Shown here piece after piece: positions 1 through 8,637 of a stretch of 35,889 nucleotides of DNA (within the stretch, counting starts at the first letter, position 1; each line of letters opens with the position of its first letter). The position numbers and the translations under genes were made by a program. The DNA lies in IMG/VR virus record IMGVR_UViG_3300032212_000693, positions 1-35,889 of that record; one strand, given 5' to 3'. Below the pieces are notes generated by a model. It searched no databases, had not been told where the DNA came from, and worked only from the letters and a program-made list of their open reading frames with translations. This DNA is from a virus. Lineage: Duplodnaviria; Caudoviricetes.

Positions 1-366
1 ATGTTAGAGACTGATGCTGTTGCTTTAGAAAGTAAAATAAAAACAATATTTAATATCTGTTTAATACTAATTATCCCCACAATTGCCTTCGCAACTATTG
101 GCTACTTTGGCATAATGAAACCCGAATCTGAAGATTTATCTGCATGGTTTCAAAGAAGCGGCTCACTAATTGTTATGCTATCAGTTATCGTTGAGTTTCA
201 ATTGTTCTCTATACACACTTCTCTAAATACATCTAGGCTCGCATTTGATCAGTATGAGGCTCTAAAGAAAAAATACGGGAGAAAACATCTAGTTTATTCA
301 GTGCTTACCGTATCAGTCGCAATTATCGGTACTGTAATATGGGGTTACGGTGACTTATTTAGATAA
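1..366 (+). CDS. Small 3-TM membrane protein, cargo gene of unknown function
   Basis: 121 aa, three hydrophobic segments, motifs WFQRSGS and GTVIWGYGD. Start is at the window edge. Confidence 0.75.
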   Translation: MLETDAVALESKIKTIFNICLILIIPTIAFATIGYFGIMKPESEDLSAWFQRSGSLIVMLSVIVEFQLFSIHTSLNTSRLAFDQYEALKKKYGRKHLVYSVLTVSVAIIGTVIWGYGDLFR

Positions 367-380
367 ATTAGAATAAAATT

Positions 381-459
381 GGGTCAAGTCTTTCGTTGCC
401 ATATGAGTGAAGTCGAATAGTAAAAAAAATGACTGATGTGGCATGGAAAGACCTGGCCC
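381..459. repeat. Imperfect 24-bp inverted repeat (REP-like hairpin)
   Basis: GGGTCAAGTCTTTCGTTGCCATAT (381-404) pairs with ATGTGGCATGGAAAGACCTGGCCC (436-459): 19 Watson-Crick plus 2 G-T pairs out of 24. Confidence 0.7.
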
Positions 460-525
460 TGGATTTAAACCTAATTTTTATGGTCTAGGCATTAATTTTA
501 ATGAGTCATGGCGGAGAGTTAAAAA

Positions 526-1713
526 ATGGTGGTCGGAAAAAAGCACCTAACTATAAAAGACATCCTTGATGAAATTATAGAAGCAGGTGAGCCAAAACAG
601 ATGAGTGGTCTTGAAAAAGCCATGCATGGTTTTTCTTGGCTCAATTTGGAAGCTGGCAGAAATTTATTAGCTCTCCTTGAAAAATCCCCCGAATACGACA
701 TATTTAATCAACAGCTTCAATCACTTGGTAAAACTGCCTGGTCAACAGAAGTTAAAGACTTAGCAGATTGGCTTGTTGAAAGAGCCAGTAGAGTTGGAAG
801 TGATCAAGCTATTAATGAGTTAAATACCTATATTGAATCGCCTAAAGTAAATGTTTTCGAAGTAATGCTATTAGCATCCGTTTATATAGATGATGAATAT
901 CAGTTTTGTAATGGTGTTAAGATCATCAAGCCACATCAAATACCAAATGAATATCTCGCAACTAATATCGTTCATAACACGTATAATTCAGTACTCCCCT
1001 TTCCACAAGTACAAAGCGTATTAATTGCTAGGTATAGTCAAGAAGTTAAACATTGGAGCAATACTGATTCTAGTGGAAAAACTCCTTTAGCAGATATTCC
1101 AATAAATGAATTAGAGGAAGCAAGATTGTGCCTTGCTTTAGTAAGGTCTATTGGTCGAGGAATACACTCTATTGGTCATGGCACTATAGCACCGGATAAT
1201 TTGCCATTTAAACAATCTGTATCTGGGTGGAGTGTCTCTTCATTAAAGCAACCACGATTATCACCATCTATAAATATTATAAAAATGCAAGCCGCGGATC
1301 ATTTATTAGAAAAGCTTCGCAAACTACCGCTCTCCTTAAAAAACAAATTAATGATTCCTATTGAAAAGCTTAACCATTACGGGTCAGGTGACAAAGGAGT
1401 AGATACTGCGATTGATTTAAGAATTTGCCTTGAATCCATATTCTTAAGTGACGGAAATAAAGTACAACTAAGATATACTTTATCGCTTAGAGCCGCTTTA
1501 TTCTTGGGTGATACCCTTGAAAAAAAGAAAGAAATTAAAAAACTAATAAGAGATGCTTACGATGTAACTTCTAGCGCGGTTCACACTGGAAAACTTCCCA
1601 CAAATAATACTGATTTACTGCCTAAAGCTGCTGAAATAGCAAGACAATCCATTATTAAATTAATAAACAATGGAGCCGTAGATTGGACAGAAATAGAATT
1701 ACAGGCCATTTAG
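526..1713 (+). CDS. Apea-like HEPN-domain protein, putative anti-phage effector
   Basis: C-terminal DLRICLESIF..LRYTLSLRAALFLG..AYDVTSSAVHTG matches the Apea/HEPN pattern. GGAGAG RBS upstream. Confidence 0.75.
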   Translation: MVVGKKHLTIKDILDEIIEAGEPKQMSGLEKAMHGFSWLNLEAGRNLLALLEKSPEYDIFNQQLQSLGKTAWSTEVKDLADWLVERASRVGSDQAINELNTYIESPKVNVFEVMLLASVYIDDEYQFCNGVKIIKPHQIPNEYLATNIVHNTYNSVLPFPQVQSVLIARYSQEVKHWSNTDSSGKTPLADIPINELEEARLCLALVRSIGRGIHSIGHGTIAPDNLPFKQSVSGWSVSSLKQPRLSPSINIIKMQAADHLLEKLRKLPLSLKNKLMIPIEKLNHYGSGDKGVDTAIDLRICLESIFLSDGNKVQLRYTLSLRAALFLGDTLEKKKEIKKLIRDAYDVTSSAVHTGKLPTNNTDLLPKAAEIARQSIIKLINNGAVDWTEIELQAI

Positions 1714-1737
1714 TCAATATTATGTTTGCTTCAAAAT

Positions 1738-1864
1738 CATATACAAATAGTTCAAGTGGATCGGATAACCCTTAACTTCTATGCCTTATTTAACGTACAC
1801 TACCAACCATCACAGTTACCTAGCTTTACTTATAGGGTTGCTGCCCCTTGGCAAAGCGGTATGC
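1738..1864 (+). other. Degenerate integron attC site (127 bp)
   Basis: R'' CATATAC (1738-1744), 5 nt, L'' GTTCAAGT (1750-1757) ... L' CCTTGGC (1846-1852), 5 nt, R' GGTATGC (1858-1864). Inner arms AACCCT and AGGGTT pair. Both core boxes deviate from AAC/GTT. Confidence 0.6.
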
Positions 1865-1905
1865 GGCACCGTGCGCTAAGTTAAATTTAAAGAGATTTGC
1901 AAAAT

Positions 1906-2946
1906 ATGATACTCAATAACCGTTTCCTAAGAGTACTGGAAAGATTTCGAACTGAGCAGGAGTCGAATAGCTATCTCAATTCATTTTCGTGGGGACGAGA
2001 TTTTAATAATTATTTCGCTGAGTTTCAAAGGGCAAAGGAATCTGATTGGCCAGAAGTGATCACTTATTACTGTACTTCAAGAGTTGCAGATAGCGTAATT
2101 GGAAATGGCCGCATGTGGCTTAACGATGTCAGAAAAATGAATGATGATACAGAAATGACCTTTGCTGTTGATTACATTCAACAAGAATTATTTAGAATAA
2201 AGAATAAAACCGATTCCAACTTAGGGTTAATTGAGGTAATCGAAGAGTCTTATAAAGACTTAACAGATAGTGCCATTTGGAAAGATAGTCTTACTTACAA
2301 TAGTAAATTGATTTTAGCTATGTGTTTCACAGAAGCCAAAGATGATGCTGCTATGTGGGATAGGTATGCTGATTCTGGAAAAGGGGTCGCAATTCACTTT
2401 AATCTTAATAAATTGTCTACAGCGGTCAAATCGGCAGGTCATTTTTTCCCAAATTCACTTGCGTTTGAGCATGGGGTAACACGTGTATGCTATGGTGGAA
2501 AAAAATGCTCTTGTCTTGATGAAGTACACAACTATGCGCTAGAAGCCTACGCTGATACCAAAACCAGTGATGAAAAAGATCTAATAAGAACGTTGCTTCA
2601 CGCTAACGTATTGGAATTACTTGTTTCTCATAAGCATGAAAGTTTTGTTAGCGAAAGAGAGTACAGAATATATTCTAGAGCACCATCAGTTAAAACTTGG
2701 TCTGGTACAGATCATATACATGAACATGAAAAAGGTAATAAAAAAAGCGTACACGCAGAAATATTCTTGCCTCATCAAGCAATAAATCAGTCTGAAGATG
2801 AGTTCTGGAATGAGTTGATTGATGGGGTAACGGTTGGCCCATGCTCAAATCAAGAAACAAGAGATATAATGAGTTCTGCCCTAGAAATCAGAGGAATTGA
2901 GGATAGGCTTTATGATTCTACGTGTCCGCTTGTAACCTTTGACTGA
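1906..2946 (+). CDS. DUF2971-family protein, putative defence-associated
   Basis: Motifs MWLNDVRKMNDDTE, MCFTEAKDDAAMWDRYADSGKGVAIHF, KHESFVSEREYRI and VTVGPC. ATG at 1906 is better spaced from AAAGAGA than TTG at 1897. Confidence 0.85.
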   Translation: MILNNRFLRVLERFRTEQESNSYLNSFSWGRDFNNYFAEFQRAKESDWPEVITYYCTSRVADSVIGNGRMWLNDVRKMNDDTEMTFAVDYIQQELFRIKNKTDSNLGLIEVIEESYKDLTDSAIWKDSLTYNSKLILAMCFTEAKDDAAMWDRYADSGKGVAIHFNLNKLSTAVKSAGHFFPNSLAFEHGVTRVCYGGKKCSCLDEVHNYALEAYADTKTSDEKDLIRTLLHANVLELLVSHKHESFVSEREYRIYSRAPSVKTWSGTDHIHEHEKGNKKSVHAEIFLPHQAINQSEDEFWNELIDGVTVGPCSNQETRDIMSSALEIRGIEDRLYDSTCPLVTFD

Positions 2947-2963
2947 AGCTTGAGTAATATGCC

Positions 2964-3053
2964 GCATAACATGCCGCTTCAACTCGGACATACCTCTGCG
3001 GTGTTTCTAATAAACACATCACTACGGCATGCCGGTTAAGCGGAACGTTGTAC
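2964..3053 (+). other. Integron attC site (90 bp), canonical architecture
   Basis: R'' GCATAAC (2964-2970), 5 nt, L'' GCTTCAAC (2976-2983) ... L' GTTAAGC (3035-3041), 5 nt, R' GTTGTAC (3047-3053). The left arm has unpaired extra C, T and A relative to the right arm. Lies 17 bp after the stop codon. Confidence 0.85.
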
Positions 3054-3205
3054 GTCTGCTTTTTTTACTAGCTGTGACTATTGAGTGGTTGCATCTGATT
3101 GTTTTTAGACATCCAGCGTCACATAAACGAAGGCCTGTTATTAGTCTGATAAAATAGATTTTTAAATGCGCTCAACTTATGCCTTCGTGTACATATTTCA
3201 AGCAT

Positions 3206-3228
3206 AAAAAAACCGGCGCGGGGCCGGT
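3206..3228 (-). terminator. Rho-independent terminator ending the tail operon
   Basis: Minus strand ACCGGC-CCCGC-GCCGGT followed by a T run, about 25 bp past the last tail gene. Confidence 0.8.
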
Positions 3229-3253
3229 ATAGTAAACAATGAAGCTTCGCTGT

Positions 3254-4231
3254 TTATTTTGTCATACTGTCTAATTTTATTTTGACTGTGCCTATGCTGG
3301 TTACTGCATTAGTGAAAGACAGGGCATTAACTGGGGCTGATGATGCGACCCCAGGCGCGGAACTTACAACGGTTAGTAGTGCCGCATTATTAAACCCATC
3401 TTGAACGGCCTGCATAAAATCAGATAGTAGTTTTAACAAATTATCTGTGTTAGTTCCCAGGTAAAGTTTAGCTGCGATTTGCTCAATATCTGTAACGGCC
3501 TGAAGTCTTATGTTTTCCGCGCTTTGTTCAATGTTTGCCGTGGCGTTATCAACAATGTTTTTGTTTGCACTCCTGGTTATGTGATCACCTGACACCTGGT
3601 TAATGCTGCCCAGGGATAGAAGATTAATTACAGACAATGAAAGCTGATGTATTGCACTGGCTTCAATCTGTTTAATACCGTCTATGTCTTCAATGCTGTG
3701 TTGAAGGACTCGTTTAATTTCATCGCCTAGCATTTCAATTTTTTTATGGGCATCTGTCTCATGTAAAAAACTTTTGTCTTTTATGCCGGTATCCGTTTGG
3801 CGTGTCCAATTGCCGCTACTATCAATCGATTGTTTTACCTGGTTGTTTTGTTGCCAGCTCATTGACTCTTGGTCTATCTCAGGTAATGCCTGTCTATCAC
3901 CCAGAATTGAACGCACAAAAGGGCGTTCGGGTGAAGCATTTAACCAGGCTAATTCAACCAGGGTATTTTTATGAGGGGCAGCAAAAAAACCGCGTTCGTT
4001 GCCACCGCCCATTATTGCAACGGGTACAGCGTTCAGAATGATTCCCGTGCTTTCATAATCGTTATTTAATAAAACCACATCAACGGCTAAACGCGGGCGG
4101 TAATTATCATTTATGCCGCCTTGTTTAGGTGCATCGGCAACGGCCATTACTTCAGCCATAACGGGTAGGTGATAACCGGCGGCCAGTTCGGGAAACTCTC
4201 TTAGTATTTGCTTTCTAAATGTAGGGTTCAT
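3254..4231 (-). CDS. Baseplate spike-like tail protein (resembles the C-terminal half of the last HP1/K139 tail ORF)
   Basis: FPELAAGYHLP..RPRLAVDV..G.ERGFFAAP..LVELAW...PERPFVRSIL OB-fold-like start followed by beta-repeat region. Last gene of the tail operon. Confidence 0.7.
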   Translation of the reverse strand: MNPTFRKQILREFPELAAGYHLPVMAEVMAVADAPKQGGINDNYRPRLAVDVVLLNNDYESTGIILNAVPVAIMGGGNERGFFAAPHKNTLVELAWLNASPERPFVRSILGDRQALPEIDQESMSWQQNNQVKQSIDSSGNWTRQTDTGIKDKSFLHETDAHKKIEMLGDEIKRVLQHSIEDIDGIKQIEASAIHQLSLSVINLLSLGSINQVSGDHITRSANKNIVDNATANIEQSAENIRLQAVTDIEQIAAKLYLGTNTDNLLKLLSDFMQAVQDGFNNAALLTVVSSAPGVASSAPVNALSFTNAVTSIGTVKIKLDSMTK

Positions 4232-4959
4232 TGGATTGCCTTAAGTGTTGTTTCCCAGGGGTTTATTAACCAGTTAAGGCGCATGTTTTCACCTTCAATA
4301 TCAATACTGTTTATGTAAAAGACCTGACCAGCCATTTCAATTTGTACACCTGGTCTAAGTCGTGGCAATAATGGAAGTGTGCCGCCTTGCACACTAATGG
4401 CGCTAAAAATTGAGGCTGGAATATTTATTTTCTTTTGTCCGGGTACTGACTTTGCACATTCACCTATAAAAATCTGACCGTCTGCTTGTTGGTGCCAGAA
4501 ACCACGTTGAACATTCCATAGTTTTAATATATTGTCTAATGCCATATAGCCGCCGCCAATGTGCTGGAAACGTGCAATAGTTTTATTTGTCCACTCGCTT
4601 TTAGGTAGTATAAAGCGTGTTTTAGTTTGAAAGCTTATAGCTTCAAGTACTTTATTGGGTGTGACGTGACGTAAATTTAAAGCTATCCTTTGGTTTAAAA
4701 TTGCAGCCAGTTCTCTGCCAACAATTTTATAAACACCATTTTGTTTTGGTGTGACTGTTTCAATGTAACCATAAAACAAACGGCGCAAATCACTCTGGCT
4801 TAATTTTCCATTAATCTCAAGCAGTTGACCGCGCAAAGGTTCACTAGTCGATTTCATTGATAAAACACAACGACCAGGTGTATTCATTTCTAAACGAATA
4901 TGGTCTTCTATTAATGTCGATGGGTTATTATTAATTAATAATTGTTTAGTTATTTTCAT
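4228..4959 (-). CDS. Baseplate hub-like tail protein (resembles the N-terminal half of the last HP1/K139 tail ORF)
   Basis: LFYGYIE..REL..LRH..RFQHIGGGY..WHQQADGQIFIG..LPRLRPG. ATG at 4959 preferred. Confidence 0.7.
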   Translation of the reverse strand: MKITKQLLINNNPSTLIEDHIRLEMNTPGRCVLSMKSTSEPLRGQLLEINGKLSQSDLRRLFYGYIETVTPKQNGVYKIVGRELAAILNQRIALNLRHVTPNKVLEAISFQTKTRFILPKSEWTNKTIARFQHIGGGYMALDNILKLWNVQRGFWHQQADGQIFIGECAKSVPGQKKINIPASIFSAISVQGGTLPLLPRLRPGVQIEMAGQVFYINSIDIEGENMRLNWLINPWETTLKAIQ

Positions 4960-5506
4960 TGTCAGGTGCAAGTAGTTTTTCTAAAGATTGAAGCATGTCC
5001 CAAACAAAGCCGTTTTGTTCTTTTGCTGCTGCAATGTCAGCGTTTGAAGAGGTTGTTATTGTTTCGCCTGTTGTACTATCTGCGACCGGTTCAACTTTAG
5101 GTGCTGCCCTAATCTCCTTTTTTTCAGCAACACTGTTATATTGAAGCAATGTAAAATCAACATTCCACGCTTCAAACTTAGCCATCTTTTTAACATTAAA
5201 ATCATTATTAAAAATGACTTCTCGCACATCTCCTACATTAGCGGTTTTGTCTGTTACCGTGTAAACAGTCCTTGTTTCATCATCGTTAACCGCTTCAGCC
5301 TTTTTAATGAGTTCTTTTAGGTTTTCTTCGTCTTCATATTTAACAATACCACTTACACTTATTTCTTTTGGTTTCGTGCCCTGGTTGATTGTTTCAGATG
5401 AGCTGGTATTAGACCCCACTTTTTTATTTTTAATGGGTAATTTAAATGACACATTGAGGTCTGATAGTTTTAGTTCAAAGCTTATGCCGTTAGTTTCTAA
5501 AATCAT
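4946..5506 (-). CDS. Phage baseplate/tail-tube-initiator-like protein
   Basis: Synteny in HP1-like tail operon. Motifs SSSETINQGTKPKEISVSG and AWNVDFTL..SVAEKKE. ATG 5506 overlaps the upstream stop (ATGA). Confidence 0.65.
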   Translation of the reverse strand: MILETNGISFELKLSDLNVSFKLPIKNKKVGSNTSSSETINQGTKPKEISVSGIVKYEDEENLKELIKKAEAVNDDETRTVYTVTDKTANVGDVREVIFNNDFNVKKMAKFEAWNVDFTLLQYNSVAEKKEIRAAPKVEPVADSTTGETITTSSNADIAAAKEQNGFVWDMLQSLEKLLAPDNENN

Positions 5507-6339
5507 AAACCCACCACAGTTAGTAAAGGTTGCAAATTTACAGCAGTACCACCTATAGCCAGTAAACAACACAAAGGCGCGTTTGGGTTAGGTGGAATTG
5601 TGTTATTTAAGCTTGTTGGTAGATCAACACCGGATAGGTGAAAAGCATAATTAATTAAACCGTTTTGACTCGATAAGTTTGTGACGGCTGTTTTTATCTC
5701 ATCTAATCTGGTAGCGCGTTTAAGCTTAAAATCTGAAAGCATGGTTAGCGGGTTGTCATCGCTGGCAATGGCTTCACTAATAGCTATGTTTTGACTTGAA
5801 CTTGAAAGCGCTGTAAATGCTTTTAATTGTTCAATGCTTAAACTCTTTTTTCTGTCATGCTTGATACCAGATGTAAACAGTTTGTCATTGTCATTGGTTG
5901 ATAGTGCAGTAGCATGGCGTAAAGATTTTTCCAAATCACTATCAGGAAACACCGCTAAAAGGTTGTTCAATGATTGTGTTAACTGTGTTGTCGTGTCGGC
6001 TGTCACCATGAGTAAAAGCGCTGATTCCCATGCAAGTTCTGTTAGATGCATAGATAAATAATTCTGTGCATCTTCAGGGCTTAACCAGAAATTCAGATTA
6101 TTTTTATTGTCACTGAATTGACCGTGCTGCCACGGGGTAATAATAACGGTATCTAAGTTTTTTTTAAGTAAGTTTAGATTGTCTCGCCTGGTAGCGTCCG
6201 CGCTTGCATTCATTGCCGATTGGTTAGGTGTGGCCTTATTTATGGGTAGTATGGCCGCATTAATTGCGGTTTTTAACTGAGTGTTAAACACGGTGTCTAA
6301 CCAGGTGGCTGGTAATTGTAAATTAGCACTTGTCCACAT
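5503..6339 (-). CDS. Conserved HP1/K139-like tail-region protein
   Basis: Synteny downstream of the fibre. ITPWQHG..WLSPEDA pattern. ATG 6339 abuts the upstream stop. Confidence 0.6.
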   Translation of the reverse strand: MWTSANLQLPATWLDTVFNTQLKTAINAAILPINKATPNQSAMNASADATRRDNLNLLKKNLDTVIITPWQHGQFSDNKNNLNFWLSPEDAQNYLSMHLTELAWESALLLMVTADTTTQLTQSLNNLLAVFPDSDLEKSLRHATALSTNDNDKLFTSGIKHDRKKSLSIEQLKAFTALSSSSQNIAISEAIASDDNPLTMLSDFKLKRATRLDEIKTAVTNLSSQNGLINYAFHLSGVDLPTSLNNTIPPNPNAPLCCLLAIGGTAVNLQPLLTVVGL

Positions 6340-6340
6340 G

Positions 6341-6649
6341 TTAAGAATCAATTCTGTTTTGTGGATTGTTTAAAGTAGTTACTGAATTTGCAACAAGTAC
6401 AGCCTCTTTTACCTTTTCTACAATGTCATTTCTCAACGCACTTATTTCAGCGGCAGGTCGGTTACTAGCTTTTATAACTTCAACCATTAACATGGGCATA
6501 AGATTTAGTACACAATCACTTCGTGGTACTACCTCACCAGTCTGATTGTTTGTCATTACAATTTGTTGCCATGACGGACAACCCTGTTCACCGTTTTTTT
6601 CTGGACACTCATTTTCCATCATACAGGCAAAAGCTTTTTTATAGATCAT
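6341..6649 (-). CDS. Cys-rich fibre-associated hypothetical protein
   Basis: 102 aa, four Cys in the N-half and a C-terminal coiled-coil-like segment. Lies directly after the tail fibre. Confidence 0.65.
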   Translation of the reverse strand: MIYKKAFACMMENECPEKNGEQGCPSWQQIVMTNNQTGEVVPRSDCVLNLMPMLMVEVIKASNRPAAEISALRNDIVEKVKEAVLVANSVTTLNNPQNRIDS

Positions 6650-6679
6650 GATAATTTCAAACCCTTATAAATAAATTAA

Positions 6680-8614
6680 TTAATTTTTAATACACGTTAT
6701 TACATCAAGATATGCGGGACGCCAGCTTGCATCCGATGCCATGCCGTGACTATGCGCCAAACCACCACCAGCTGAACCAGATGTGTAAGTCGTCATTATT
6801 CCGTCAATACCTAGACCTAAACTACCTTGATTGTCATTAACATAATTAGAGCGGGTAAAACTATGATTATGTGGTGGAATTTGATCAACAGTTAAAGTAT
6901 GGCCTTGCACTGTTAACCCTGTAACGGCCCAGTTTCCACCGTAGCCGTTGGCTTCCCAGCTAATAGGATAAGCCCCAGTTGTTGTTGAATTTACAACACG
7001 GATAACTTTATCATTGTGATTATTGTCTTGTGTCCAACCTAGTGGGGCCGAAGCTTGTGCAAAAAGCATTCGAGTACCTGCGGGAATAAGTCTATCTGTT
7101 ACATATTTAAGGCCCGCGGGTGATACGGATTTAATTGAGTTTGTACCGGTTATTGTTTCCGCGGGTGTAGCTGTAAGTCTATCTGTCACATACTTAAGGC
7201 TTGCTGGTGATACTGCTCTAAGTGCATCAGTGCCTGTAATTGTTTCCGTTGCGGTTGCTAACTCAACAACACCTTTTTGAACAGTGGAAGCGGCTATTAA
7301 ATCAGCACCAGTATGGGTGTGATTGATTGCTGCTTTTGCATTCAGTGCGTTTTGCAATCCTGCAATTGATGAAATGCCCAAAGAGTTTAAATATGATCTG
7401 TTAAGCTTTACAAAATTTACGATTTCTTGCAATGTATCAAGCGTTAGATCACTTGAACTAAGCAGCGTATTAATATTATCAATGTAACCCTTTAATACCT
7501 GAACTGTATTTGCTGTTGCTGCCTCAGTAGTGCTGGCGCTTGTTAATGTATCATTGAGTTTTACAATACCCGGTGCGCCCGTGCTTGAAATTGGAATATC
7601 TGAAATATTGAGTTTGTTTGTTTCGAGTAAGTCAATTAAATCCTTTAGTAACTTTGCTGCAAGTGCGCTGGCCGCTTCTGTTTCGCTTAAGCTTACTAAG
7701 CTATTGCTTAATTGTGTAATGCCTGGAACCGTAAGGCTCGCAACAGGCATATTAGATTCATGATAAAATCCCAGGCCAGCTTTTACATATTCACGTTTGT
7801 CGGTAATGTTAGCCGTAGCATTAATCGTTGCGACTTTTGCGTAAAAATGCCCTTCAGTATTGTAATCTGGAAGATTCGCTAAACGATTTATAATATTTGG
7901 CTCGAATGTAATAATTTTTTCAATGCCAGTCATTGTCTTTTGCAAGTGAATATGAACATATATATTAATTGGGAATTCTGTTGGTATTACTTCAGTTTGT
8001 ACTCCATTTTCAATGTATATTCCTCTTACAACTGCGGCTCCAACTTGGACATAATACTTGCTGTTTTGGTAGATAACATTAAATGCACTGTGTGAATAAG
8101 TATTGTATTCATACATTCTTTCGACTGATACACGTTGCATTTCGTCCATTGACAGAAGGCGGGCCGTATAATCAACTTGCCAGCTTTGTACATCAATAAG
8201 TATTCCTGTTACATCTGCTGCACCATTAAACTCTATTGCAAAGTTTTTAGTTAACACATTGCCTAGAATGTCACCTACGGTGGCGCGTTTTTCCTGAAGT
8301 GGAGAATACGCAATAGCAACAAGGGTATCATTAACGCTGGAATACAATCCCATCCAGTTAAACGACCATGTGCCTATATTACTGGGTAACACTGATGAAT
8401 ATACAACGGTGTTATTGTTAACAGCACTCGAACTTGTTATAAGTTCCTGTGCCACTATGTCACCAGGTGCTGGCATTAACTGGGCACGATCAACAGGGGC
8501 ATTTACATCTAAGCCAACGATGTTGGCAAAAACCACCTGGTCAATAACAAGGCTAAGACTTTGGCTTTGTAAACTGGCTATTAAGGCTTCACCGGCTAGT
8601 GTGATTGCTGGCAT
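6680..8614 (-). CDS. Tail fibre protein
   Basis: N-terminal baseplate-binding region (ITLAGE..VVYSSVL..GTWSFNWMGL..WQVDYTARL), fibre repeats (AS.T..GI.QL), collar-like PAGTRMLFAQASAPLGW and HxH motifs near the C-terminus. Confidence 0.92.
   Translation of the reverse strand: MPAITLAGEALIASLQSQSLSLVIDQVVFANIVGLDVNAPVDRAQLMPAPGDIVAQELITSSSAVNNNTVVYSSVLPSNIGTWSFNWMGLYSSVNDTLVAIAYSPLQEKRATVGDILGNVLTKNFAIEFNGAADVTGILIDVQSWQVDYTARLLSMDEMQRVSVERMYEYNTYSHSAFNVIYQNSKYYVQVGAAVVRGIYIENGVQTEVIPTEFPINIYVHIHLQKTMTGIEKIITFEPNIINRLANLPDYNTEGHFYAKVATINATANITDKREYVKAGLGFYHESNMPVASLTVPGITQLSNSLVSLSETEAASALAAKLLKDLIDLLETNKLNISDIPISSTGAPGIVKLNDTLTSASTTEAATANTVQVLKGYIDNINTLLSSSDLTLDTLQEIVNFVKLNRSYLNSLGISSIAGLQNALNAKAAINHTHTGADLIAASTVQKGVVELATATETITGTDALRAVSPASLKYVTDRLTATPAETITGTNSIKSVSPAGLKYVTDRLIPAGTRMLFAQASAPLGWTQDNNHNDKVIRVVNSTTTGAYPISWEANGYGGNWAVTGLTVQGHTLTVDQIPPHNHSFTRSNYVNDNQGSLGLGIDGIMTTYTSGSAGGGLAHSHGMASDASWRPAYLDVITCIKN
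7087..7260 (-). repeat. Tandem 87-bp (29-aa) repeat inside the tail fibre gene
   Basis: ETITGT..VSPA.LKYVTDRL occurs twice. TAAGTCTATCTGT is at 7087 and 7174. Confidence 0.85.
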
Positions 8615-8637
8615 TATTAAATCTCCATCTATTGAGG

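Noticed and set aside
460-526. 5' cassette boundary or attI for the HEPN gene
   Set aside because: No GTT site complementary to the sequence at 1731-1744 was found, so cassette status of this gene rests only on the decayed downstream attC.
6341-8614. Invertible tail-fibre cassette
   Set aside because: No invertase, no inverted alternative fibre tip and no flanking inversion sites were seen.
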